Assembly: GCA_028864975.1 (NCBI GenBank) | Contig: JAGWLG010000008.1 | Span: 1 to 64,000 of the forward strand | Length of the DNA: 64,000 bases | Reading direction: 5' to 3' | Source of the DNA: Thermoplasmata archaeon | GTDB taxonomy: Archaea > Thermoplasmatota > Thermoplasmata > Lutacidiplasmatales > UBA184 | Shown here: piece by piece, positions 45,370-53,536 of the stretch | How positions within the stretch are numbered: position 1 is the first letter of the stretch | How the letters are laid out: the number at the start of each line of letters is the position of its first letter | Notes under the pieces: model-generated | Told to the model about the DNA's origin: nothing | Databases searched by the model: none | Seen by the model: the letters and a program-made list of their open reading frames with translations, nothing else | Program-made: the position numbers and the translations under genes

Positions 45370-46668
45370 ATGACGGCACTCCAAACTGGCAATCCGACCC
45401 TCTACGCACTTGCTCTCGACCGACTCGCAAGGCACAAGAGCCAGATTGGCCGAGAATTCAAGGGACGATTCATCCAAATCTTCCTCGCTCTCAAATTCTT
45501 TCAGAACAGTATCCCGAGCATGTTTTCCGGTAAGTTCGTCTCAACTGAGTCTCTTCAAACCCTCCTCGACAACCTCTACGCTAGGCACTCTCGGCCTCCA
45601 GGCGAGTGCGTACTGATGGTGTTTGAAGGCACCTACCTCGCCCGAACTGGTGTGGTTGGTACATCGAACACTGTGGCTCAGAACACTTGGCGGAACAACT
45701 TCAACTTACAGAAGGGGGTTGGGTGCTATGCATCTCGCCAAGAACTTTCAAGTCCCACATTCCTCGCCCAGCCGCGTCATGACTGTACCCACCTCGTTCC
45801 AGCTGTCGCGGGGAGCTTGAATGGGGCCAAGTGCGCCCTCTCTCCCAGAGGAGCGGCTTATCGGAGTGAGGAGCACGCCAAGTGGTTGAGAATTGACCAC
45901 GGGGGAAATGGATATGCCGTCGCCGACCTGATGAACGTGGATAACTTCAAGGGAGTCCTCGCCCCTGGAGGCCGACGGCTGCCCGTTGACCCCCTGATTG
46001 TGGCGCTCTACCACGACGCCCTCCCGAGCAGGTCCGCGATCCGCCCCCAAGGCGTCGAAGTCAGCGATTTCAAGGCGGATTTTTCCCTCTCCCCCTCAGA
46101 ATTCTCTGCATACTTCGACGACAGCGCGTCCAATCCGGATAACGGTGCGATTCGATCCGCGTCGGGAGCGGCTCCTGTGCCCTTGGCTGGCGCCGCGACT
46201 CCAACACCGCTAGCGGCTCCCACTCCCCCTACACGTCGACCGTCAAGGGTGGCTGATTTGTCGGGCACACCCGTAGCCCCCCCGAGCGTGAACTCTGGCT
46301 GGTCTGCGGAGGAATTTGTGAGGCAGGCGTTGATTAATCTCGGGTGGGCGACCGTTAACGTTTCCAGACAGCAGCTAGGATACGACTTGCTAGGCCAGCG
46401 TGGGAAAGCGACACGCTTCTTCGAGGTCAAGAGTTCCCTAGGGTACTGTTCTCCTCGCCTCACCGAAAGAGAGTGGGAGCAGGCGACTCAGCTGGGGAGT
46501 GACTACATTCTCGCCATCATCGAGAACTTCAACCCAGATGGGACGAACGAGATTTTCTGGGTGCCCAATCCCGCCGGGACCTGTGCCGCGACCGCGTCGT
46601 TGACCACCCAGTTCGGCATTGCTCGGCATGTGTGGCAAGCCGCTGCCGTCGACTCAATCGGCCTGTAG
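45370..46668 (+). CDS. putative restriction endonuclease with C-terminal DUF3883 PD-(D/E)xK domain
   Basis: GYDL...FFEVKS...LTEREW; third gene of the MTase operon. Confidence 0.7.
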   Translation: MTALQTGNPTLYALALDRLARHKSQIGREFKGRFIQIFLALKFFQNSIPSMFSGKFVSTESLQTLLDNLYARHSRPPGECVLMVFEGTYLARTGVVGTSNTVAQNTWRNNFNLQKGVGCYASRQELSSPTFLAQPRHDCTHLVPAVAGSLNGAKCALSPRGAAYRSEEHAKWLRIDHGGNGYAVADLMNVDNFKGVLAPGGRRLPVDPLIVALYHDALPSRSAIRPQGVEVSDFKADFSLSPSEFSAYFDDSASNPDNGAIRSASGAAPVPLAGAATPTPLAAPTPPTRRPSRVADLSGTPVAPPSVNSGWSAEEFVRQALINLGWATVNVSRQQLGYDLLGQRGKATRFFEVKSSLGYCSPRLTEREWEQATQLGSDYILAIIENFNPDGTNEIFWVPNPAGTCAATASLTTQFGIARHVWQAAAVDSIGL

Positions 46669-46766
46669 AATTGGCTCTCTTCGAGAAGCGTTCTCACGCC
46701 CATCGATCCGTTCTCAGAAAGGCCCCGGGGGGCTATCCGTTTTCAAAGCCGGACGGGGACCACACA

Positions 46767-46774
46767 TTTTATAC
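46767..46774 (+). promoter_or_regulatory. TATA box
   Basis: TTTTATAC about 24 nt before ATG 46798. Confidence 0.6.
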
Positions 46775-46797
46775 TACCCCTCCGCTCTCCGCCGAGC

Positions 46798-47475
46798 ATG
46801 GCCAAGCGCGCCGGCAAGGAAGCTGCACCTCTCGTGGACACGACGACCCTCTACGTTGACCTCGGTCCGGACAACACGGCGAGGCTCAACGACGTCCTCC
46901 TCGACCTCAAGGAGAAGGAGAAGGACGAGAAGAAGCGCGCGAAGCTCACCCCGGAACGGCACATCAAGGACGTGCTCATCGTCACCGCGACGCAGTACTT
47001 CGCCGTCTACCGGAAGCTCCTCCGGGAAGGGAAGGTCCCCGCGCAGACGCAGCGGTTCACCGGAGAGGTGCTGAAGTGGATGCCGCGGAAGGAATACGCG
47101 CCGCTCAACTACGAGCCCATCCCACCGGAGGGGGTGCACCGCGTCGGCTTGTCGGTCGATGTGGGTCCCAAGCTCCTGAAACAACTGGGCTGGGCCGCGG
47201 GGCTGATGAACACCGCGAACCGGCTCACGAACACCGGCAACACCTGGAAGACGTTCGACTCCTGGCTCCTTGACCTCGTGCTCGACGACCTCGACGTCCG
47301 GGACAGCGCCCTGAACGCGGAGGACCTCAAGGAAGAGGACGAGGAGGTCGAGACGCAATCGACCCTCGGCGACGAAGAGGAAGCGGGAGAGGAAGAGGAG
47401 GCGGCTGACGGGGAAGAGACCCCGGCGCCTCCCTCTTCACCCGCCGCCCCGGCCTCGGCTGGAGGGAAGGCCTGA
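46798..47475 (+). CDS. putative DNA-binding protein (two RHH-like repeats, acidic tail)
   Basis: LYVDLGP..RL / LSVDVGP..QL internal duplication. Confidence 0.65.
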   Translation: MAKRAGKEAAPLVDTTTLYVDLGPDNTARLNDVLLDLKEKEKDEKKRAKLTPERHIKDVLIVTATQYFAVYRKLLREGKVPAQTQRFTGEVLKWMPRKEYAPLNYEPIPPEGVHRVGLSVDVGPKLLKQLGWAAGLMNTANRLTNTGNTWKTFDSWLLDLVLDDLDVRDSALNAEDLKEEDEEVETQSTLGDEEEAGEEEEAADGEETPAPPSSPAAPASAGGKA

Positions 47476-47476
47476 G

Positions 47477-47857
47477 ATGCTGCTCGGTCGCTTGGGCGGT
47501 CAGGGTCAACCCGGAGGGGGCGCGGGTCTCCTAGGAGGCCTGCGCGGTGGTGGCGGCGGCGCCGGCGGCGTCATGGTGACCCTCTCGTTCAAGGTCGTCT
47601 GGAAGAACGCGGACCCGACTAAGGTCATCCCCGTCCAGGAAGCCCAGGTCACCATCTTCGGGCCGCTCGGCATGCGACCGGTCGCCGTGGGCCCGGCCTG
47701 GGACAACCAGAACGGCAAGCTCTCCGTGCATCAGTTCCAGGTCGGACGACTTCCTCACCCGTACATGGTGACCATCCCGGGGATGGACCAACCGGTCCGC
47801 GGCCAGTGCAACTCGGGCCGGGACGAGGTCGTCACCATCCAAGTCCAGCAGGGCTGA
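47477..47857 (+). CDS. Gly-rich N-terminus + Ig/beta-sandwich-like protein
   Basis: TLSFKVVW..AQVTI..Y.VTI..VVTIQV beta pattern. Confidence 0.6.
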   Translation: MLLGRLGGQGQPGGGAGLLGGLRGGGGGAGGVMVTLSFKVVWKNADPTKVIPVQEAQVTIFGPLGMRPVAVGPAWDNQNGKLSVHQFQVGRLPHPYMVTIPGMDQPVRGQCNSGRDEVVTIQVQQG

Positions 47858-47861
47858 ACTC

Positions 47862-47892
47862 CGGGGGACCTGCCTAACGCAGGCCCCCCGGT
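47862..47892. terminator. hairpin between convergent genes
   Basis: CCGGGGGACCTGC-ctaac-GCAGGCCCCCCGG. Confidence 0.55.
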
Positions 47893-47900
47893 CCGCTGTC

Positions 47901-48851
47901 TCACGCCAACTGGAGCGTGAAGGCGATGGTCCCGTCGCCGACCTTGGGCACCGTGGTTCCGGGTGTCACCGACCAGGTCACACCGGCTGCGCCGTTCTGG
48001 AAGCTCTGGCCTTGGAGTTGAGCCGGCGGCGCCGGACTGAAGGGTGGCAGGAACACGGTGGCCTGCAACTCCAGGTAGTGCGTGGCGTCTGCGGTGAACG
48101 TCGAGGCCTCCGTGAGGGAGTCCCCGTTCGCGGCGACCGCGGTCCCCGAGGCCGTGTAGGTCGCCGTGGAGTTCGAGGCGACCATCACCAACTGGTCGAG
48201 GATGGTCTGCCCGACGGTGTAGACCCCCAGGTCCTGCGCCTGGAACGCCTCGATGCTGGAGGCCTCCCCACCGGTCAAGGCGACCGTGGAAGGGACCTGG
48301 GTCAGCCGTACGACTCCGCCAGCGAGACGGGTCCCGACGCCGGCGCTCTGGGCGCTCCCGGTTGACCCGGTTGTGGTCTTCGCCTCCGGCCGGAAGCCGT
48401 GGATGCGGAAGGTCATCCCGGTGTTCGGCAGCAGAGCCGCCGGCACCGTCGTCCCCGCGCCACCGGCGAGGATGGCGACTGGGGTCGTGGAGCCCTTCGG
48501 CTGGTAGAGGATGTTCAGCCCCTGCGACGGGTTCGAGTAGTCGAGGGTGACGATGTCCTGGGGTTCGAGACCGACCTCGATGAGGAGGGTGACCGCACCA
48601 CCCCTGACCCCGGCCGCGGTGACGCTCGCCACCAGCACTGTCGGGAGGATGGGCTTGAAGGTCGTCTTCTGGTTGGGGTTCACCGGCACGGCGCCGAGCC
48701 CGTTCTTGAAGAGCGACGGGTCCGTTGCCGTGATGGCCTCGAACATATCGTCGGTGATGGAGAAACCACCGGCGAAGACCGAGGCGGAAGGGTTCGTCAC
48801 GTAGGCGGCCGGCGCAGCGGCGAGCGCTGTGGCGAGGGGAGGCAGAACCAT
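47901..48851 (-). CDS. beta-rich Ala/Thr/Gly protein, putative virion structural protein
   Basis: 316 aa, few charges; TATA-like element about 25 nt upstream. Confidence 0.7.
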   Translation of the reverse strand: MVLPPLATALAAAPAAYVTNPSASVFAGGFSITDDMFEAITATDPSLFKNGLGAVPVNPNQKTTFKPILPTVLVASVTAAGVRGGAVTLLIEVGLEPQDIVTLDYSNPSQGLNILYQPKGSTTPVAILAGGAGTTVPAALLPNTGMTFRIHGFRPEAKTTTGSTGSAQSAGVGTRLAGGVVRLTQVPSTVALTGGEASSIEAFQAQDLGVYTVGQTILDQLVMVASNSTATYTASGTAVAANGDSLTEASTFTADATHYLELQATVFLPPFSPAPPAQLQGQSFQNGAAGVTWSVTPGTTVPKVGDGTIAFTLQLA

Positions 48852-48955
48852 GCCCGGGGGACCGGTAACGGGCTACTTATTCCTGGCCGTCAATTTCGTG
48901 AAAGTGTCGATAACCCGCTTATAGCTGGAACCACTCGTTCCCGGCGGGGACGGCT

Positions 48956-50977
48956 GTGGCAATCAGTGGGCTTCTCAGCGCTGTCGAGTCCATCCAGGTC
49001 CGCTCTCTTCTTCCCCAGGTCCCCAACCTCCTTCTTCTCGCCGGGCAGACCCCTGCGCTCACCGCGCTCGCTGCCGCCCAGCCTCAGATTCAGTCCCTCC
49101 TCGTCAATTCGCTGGCGCTGAGCCCCCTCTTCGGTGGCGGCATCATCGCGCACCTCGTCCAACTCGCCACGAACCCGGTCTTTGCGAACCTCATCACGCT
49201 CGCCACGCCGCCGACGTTCAGCAACATCGTCGCGCTCACGTCCGGGGTGGCGTTCGTCAATCTCTCCGCCCTGGGCGCTCTCCCTTCCGTCCTCAACCTC
49301 GTCGCCCTGGCGAAGCTGTCGTCGGTGACGAACCTGGTGACCCTCGCAGGACTCCCCTCCGTGGGGAACCTTGTCACCGTCGCGGGTGCGCCTTCCACGA
49401 CGGTCACGAACGTCCTCACCCTTGGAACCGGCACCGTCTTCACCAACCTCAGCACGCTGGGCTCTCTCTCCTCCGTCGCGAGCCTCGTCACCCTCGCGGG
49501 ATTCTCCTCGACCGCGATGAGCAACCTCTCCATCATCGCCAACTTCACAACGAGCACCTTCGCCAACTCCGGGCCGGCGTACAACCTCACGTCGTTCTTC
49601 ACGAGCAATGCTTACCCGACCCTTCCGGCCGGAGGCGGCTTCCCCAACATCACCGCGTGGTTCGTCGCGCTCCAGAGCGCCCTCTCCATTAGCAACCTGG
49701 CGCTCTCGACGTTCTCCACCCAGCCGGCTGCGACATCCTCCGGGTTCAACTCCTCGCTCCTGTTCATCCCGGGTCTCGGACGCACCGGCCTCGACATGAC
49801 CACGACCCTCGGCAGCTTCTCCTCCCTTTCTTTCCAGGGCGGAGTGGCCGACATCCTCGGAACCCTCCCGCTCCTCGGCGCCATCGAGGAGACCGTCGCC
49901 ACCCTCGGAAGCCCGACCGGTTCCCTGCGCATCACGTCCATCGGCGCTGACAACAGCCTGCTCCACGACCTGTGGCAGTTCGCGCAGCGGCTGGAGAACG
50001 TCAACGTCATCGGGCTGAGTTCGCTCCCCGAGTTCCCGACGTCTCCTCTCGCCGGAACGCTCGGCTTCCTCCAGGCCGTCGAGGTCATCACCCGGCAACT
50101 CTTCTTCCAGACCGGCTACACGATTGCCTCGTCGGGAACGGTCCTCGACGCGGCGATGACCTTCTTCACCGGCGGACCCAACGTCTTCGGCTCGACGAGC
50201 AGCCGGCCCACCGGTCAGTTCCCCATCCAGCAGGGCGTCGCCACGGACATGATTGACACCCTCCAGTCGATGACCGACTGGGCCAACAACGGGATGGGCG
50301 TCCAGCACTTCCTCAACAACGCCGCCGGCCCCTTCCACGACGAGGAGGCCTCCTGGAACGGCAGCGCTCCGGGTTCCTCCGCCCTTTCCGGGCACAAGGG
50401 AGGGTTCGCTTTCGGGACGTTCTTCGCCAACACGGGTGGACCCTTTGGCGGCACCGGCTTCTTCACTGTCGGGGTCCAGTCGTGGTCCTTCTTCATCTAC
50501 GGCGACCAGGTTGCCGGTGTCTCCGGGCCCGATGGCTCCGGGAACATGACCGTCACCGGGACGAGCGGAGCGACGTACACTGTCTCGACCGGGGCGACAC
50601 CGACCGGCTCTCCATCTCCCCAGAACGTCTTTGGCGGCGCAGCCAACATGGCGTGGGGCAACATGGTCGCCATGCTGAGGGCGTTCCACCAGGCCACGGA
50701 CTTCCTCATCTCCGGGTTCGAGGCGCAATCGAACACCGGTGCCCTTGGCTCCCCTTCGGGAGACATCTTCCGGGCGCGGGTCGAGGCCTACCTCCACCGG
50801 GTCGCGTTCGACAACTTCGTGGACACGATGGCCACGGAAGTCGGGAACCTGTTCAACGGCCGGAACCTCGGCATCAAGACCCGGTTCTTCAACGACGGGG
50901 TCCTCCCTGGTCTCAACTCGGTCAGGAACCTCGCTCCGGCCGGGCTCCCCAACAGGAGCCTCGGTACCCTGAGCTAG
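48956..50977 (+). CDS. large hydrophobic repeat protein, putative virion/envelope component
   Basis: About ten 12-aa repeats (VxNLVTLAGLxS-like), very low charge. Confidence 0.8.
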   Translation: MAISGLLSAVESIQVRSLLPQVPNLLLLAGQTPALTALAAAQPQIQSLLVNSLALSPLFGGGIIAHLVQLATNPVFANLITLATPPTFSNIVALTSGVAFVNLSALGALPSVLNLVALAKLSSVTNLVTLAGLPSVGNLVTVAGAPSTTVTNVLTLGTGTVFTNLSTLGSLSSVASLVTLAGFSSTAMSNLSIIANFTTSTFANSGPAYNLTSFFTSNAYPTLPAGGGFPNITAWFVALQSALSISNLALSTFSTQPAATSSGFNSSLLFIPGLGRTGLDMTTTLGSFSSLSFQGGVADILGTLPLLGAIEETVATLGSPTGSLRITSIGADNSLLHDLWQFAQRLENVNVIGLSSLPEFPTSPLAGTLGFLQAVEVITRQLFFQTGYTIASSGTVLDAAMTFFTGGPNVFGSTSSRPTGQFPIQQGVATDMIDTLQSMTDWANNGMGVQHFLNNAAGPFHDEEASWNGSAPGSSALSGHKGGFAFGTFFANTGGPFGGTGFFTVGVQSWSFFIYGDQVAGVSGPDGSGNMTVTGTSGATYTVSTGATPTGSPSPQNVFGGAANMAWGNMVAMLRAFHQATDFLISGFEAQSNTGALGSPSGDIFRARVEAYLHRVAFDNFVDTMATEVGNLFNGRNLGIKTRFFNDGVLPGLNSVRNLAPAGLPNRSLGTLS

Positions 50978-50994
50978 ATAGGGAGAGGTGCACT

Positions 50995-52317
50995 GTGCGC
51001 GTCTCCAGGCTCCTGAAGCTCGAACGCCCGGTCACTGGGCAACTCGCTGAGCGACGCCGCGGCCCCCGTGGTCCTCCGCTTCCCCCGGCCGGCGTGACCC
51101 CTCCTCCCGAGTTCTTCTCCCGGCCCACCGTCGAGCAGAAGTTCCTCCTCGACTACGCGCAGGGCATCTGCGGCATCGTTCGCTCCTGCGACCCGGCCGT
51201 CGCTCCCTCCTGCACCCGGGAACAGGCAAGCTGCGTGAACGACTCTCTGCACAACCCCCGGTTCTACGACATCGGGGACCGGTTCTACGAGCGGGTGCAC
51301 GCGGCGTTCGCTGCTCCGCCCACGGGTTCCTTGGCTCAACCGCTCAACGCTCCCGCGAGCCAGTTCGTCGCCCGGTCCATCACCCGCGGCGTCCCATTCT
51401 CCGACATCACCCGACGGCTCGAACGCGAAGGCTACACCCCCGCCGAGGCAACCCGTTTGTACGACAAGGTCTACCGCGCCCTCATGCCTCCTTCGACCGG
51501 CGCCCACCTGCACCAGCAGGAGGTGTTCGTCCTCCCGCAGGACGTCACCTTTGTCCAGCAGGCCATCGAGCGGCACGAGAGCGCGACCGACATCAAGGAG
51601 GGTCTCGTGGAACGCGGTTACACTCCGCGGGAGGCTTCGCTCATCTTCGGGCGCGTCGCCCTAGAGTACCACGGCCTCGTTCCGTCTTCGTCCGCGCCGG
51701 GCCCCCGGGTCCGCATCGGGACCCACCTCTACCAGCCGGAGGAAGACGAGGATGACGAGGACTTCGGCGGCGGCGAGGGCATCGGCGTCGAAGCTCAAGC
51801 TCTCTCTGTCACGTACGAGGCGTTCGACGCACGGCTCGGCCAGGAGAAGGAGTGCCCGTCGGATGCGAAGGACCTCCCGCGCATCTTCTCTGACCTCGAC
51901 ACCGACCTCCAGCATCTGCGCGACTTCGCTCTCAGCAACGACCCCGGCGATGCTCAGACCGCGGAGACCTTCCTCCCCGCCATCACCCGCGACGTGGGGA
52001 ACCTCGGCTTCGCCATCCAGGACAAGGTGCTGGAGCAGGGGCTCACCGCGCAAGGGTTCCCCTCCACAGGTTCGCTCAGCGAGGAAAAGCATCAGTGGTA
52101 CTACTTTCCGGGCCATTACGTCGCCGGCCCGAGGATGGGACAGACCTGGTTCTCTCTTGGGTACCTTGAACCTTCCGACGCCGGAACAGGACTTGTCGGC
52201 CCGTTCCCGACCCGCGAAGCCGCGGTCATCAGCGCCTCAAGCCGGGGCTACACCGAACTTGTGCCGGGTCGCATACTCGGTCGCTCGGAGTCTGCTGCCC
52301 GGTACCACGCGGAGTGA
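50995..52317 (+). CDS. hypothetical protein with internal repeat
   Basis: Two DI..L..GYTP.EA units; GTG after GGAGAGGTG. Confidence 0.7.
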   Translation: MRVSRLLKLERPVTGQLAERRRGPRGPPLPPAGVTPPPEFFSRPTVEQKFLLDYAQGICGIVRSCDPAVAPSCTREQASCVNDSLHNPRFYDIGDRFYERVHAAFAAPPTGSLAQPLNAPASQFVARSITRGVPFSDITRRLEREGYTPAEATRLYDKVYRALMPPSTGAHLHQQEVFVLPQDVTFVQQAIERHESATDIKEGLVERGYTPREASLIFGRVALEYHGLVPSSSAPGPRVRIGTHLYQPEEDEDDEDFGGGEGIGVEAQALSVTYEAFDARLGQEKECPSDAKDLPRIFSDLDTDLQHLRDFALSNDPGDAQTAETFLPAITRDVGNLGFAIQDKVLEQGLTAQGFPSTGSLSEEKHQWYYFPGHYVAGPRMGQTWFSLGYLEPSDAGTGLVGPFPTREAAVISASSRGYTELVPGRILGRSESAARYHAE

Positions 52318-52319
52318 AC

Positions 52320-53042
52320 ATGCTCGGTCGGAACGAGGTCTGCGAACTCGTCGCCCGGTCCGCACCGGACCCGGTGGCCGCGCGCCAGACCTGCCTCCGT
52401 CTCCGCGGTCGCCTCGCGCAGGAGTTGGTCACCTGCTCCGGCCCTCTCCTCGACCCGGAGACCCACGAGTGCGACGCCTCCGCCATCCTTGCTGCTCACG
52501 GCGCCGATTGGGATGCTGCGATGAACTCGGGTCGGTACGACACCGCGGTCGGCCACGCTCAGGGGGCCATCGACGATGCTAGGGAGATGCTCCGTCAGGC
52601 CCAGCGTTCCCAGAGGACAGGTCCACTCTCCAGGCGCAACGTCTCCCAGGAGCTAGACTCCTCTCGGTTCTGCCGTGCCGAGTCCCATGTCCTCACCCTC
52701 GTGGCAGGGGGAAACTTCGAGGATGCCGAGACCGCGGCTCTCGACCTGTGGGACGACATCGCCGGGGTCTTCCGGGACATCCAGAAGCGGGAAGCTGCAC
52801 CTCGCCCCGGCTCCATGCGCCAGGAGTTCGAGCAACTCGGCGTCATCCCCGGAACCCTGGAGGTTCATCCCACAGTCTGCCAGTCGATGCAGGGAGCCAC
52901 GTACCTCATCGGGAGCGCCAAGGAGTACGAGGAGGCCGAGGACTACCTCATCGACGCGCTCAAGGAAGCGGACAACCTGCTCGCCTGGGTCCAGAAGAGC
53001 GAACGGGTCCTGTCCCGGGCCGGGGTTCCGTGGAGCGGATAG
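52320..53042 (+). CDS. helical protein with CE.VAR.A.DP.AA...C motif
   Basis: Coupled ORF; motif shared with the next gene. Confidence 0.7.
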   Translation: MLGRNEVCELVARSAPDPVAARQTCLRLRGRLAQELVTCSGPLLDPETHECDASAILAAHGADWDAAMNSGRYDTAVGHAQGAIDDAREMLRQAQRSQRTGPLSRRNVSQELDSSRFCRAESHVLTLVAGGNFEDAETAALDLWDDIAGVFRDIQKREAAPRPGSMRQEFEQLGVIPGTLEVHPTVCQSMQGATYLIGSAKEYEEAEDYLIDALKEADNLLAWVQKSERVLSRAGVPWSG

Positions 53043-53044
53043 AA

Positions 53045-53530
53045 ATGGACGACCGGGAGTTCTGCGAGGCCGTCGCCCGGGGCGCCGACGACCCCGACGC
53101 CGCCTACGCCGCGTGCATGCGCAACGCCCCGCGCCGCGGTGAACTCCACCAGGAGGCTTGCCCGGCGTCCTGCGCCTACTGCGGGACCCGGTTTGGAACC
53201 GCTTGTCCAACGAAGTGCTCCGCTTGTGGTGCACCTGCTCCAGCAGCGGCTATCGGCCCAGAGGAGTCAGCGTGCGAGACCCTCTACTCGGATTTTCTGG
53301 CTGACCTAGAAACCATAGAGAGCAACGGTGTGGCCAGCTTCGACCTGAGCCAGTACCCTCGTTCTCGGAGGAAGGCCATCGAAGCGGCGTTCGGAGATGT
53401 CCTGGACCTTCTTGTGAAGCACCTGGAGGAGCCCCAAGCTAAGTCGTTCAACCTCCGGCACTGTGGTGAGACGCCGGAGTCACACGCTCTCCGGATGGTG
53501 GGTATTCCTGGCGCGAGTTCATTCCTCTGA
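53045..53530 (+). CDS. Cys-rich protein with CE.VAR.A.DP.AA...C motif and Zn ribbon
   Basis: CAYCG...CSACG. Confidence 0.7.
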   Translation: MDDREFCEAVARGADDPDAAYAACMRNAPRRGELHQEACPASCAYCGTRFGTACPTKCSACGAPAPAAAIGPEESACETLYSDFLADLETIESNGVASFDLSQYPRSRRKAIEAAFGDVLDLLVKHLEEPQAKSFNLRHCGETPESHALRMVGIPGASSFL

Positions 53531-53536
53531 GGCCGC

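Larger units (their letters stand above)
40566..46750. mobile_element. 6,185-bp cargo-carrying DDE transposon
   Basis: TIR GGCTTTGAAAAC (40566-40577) / GTTTTCAAAGCC (46739-46750); 9-bp TSD GGACGGGGA at 40557-40565 and 46751-46759. Confidence 0.92.

Noticed and set aside
42281-46668. Assigning a GGTCTC/CGTCTC/GTCTC specificity
   Set aside because: Only the MTase architecture suggests that family; such sites are common in the window and the TRD cannot be read by eye
47541-47571. GGY-rich run resembling a third array
   Set aside because: It has period 3 and encodes poly-Gly in ORF 47477-47857
48890-50797. 635-aa minus-strand ORF
   Set aside because: Shadow of the plus-strand repeat protein 48956-50977
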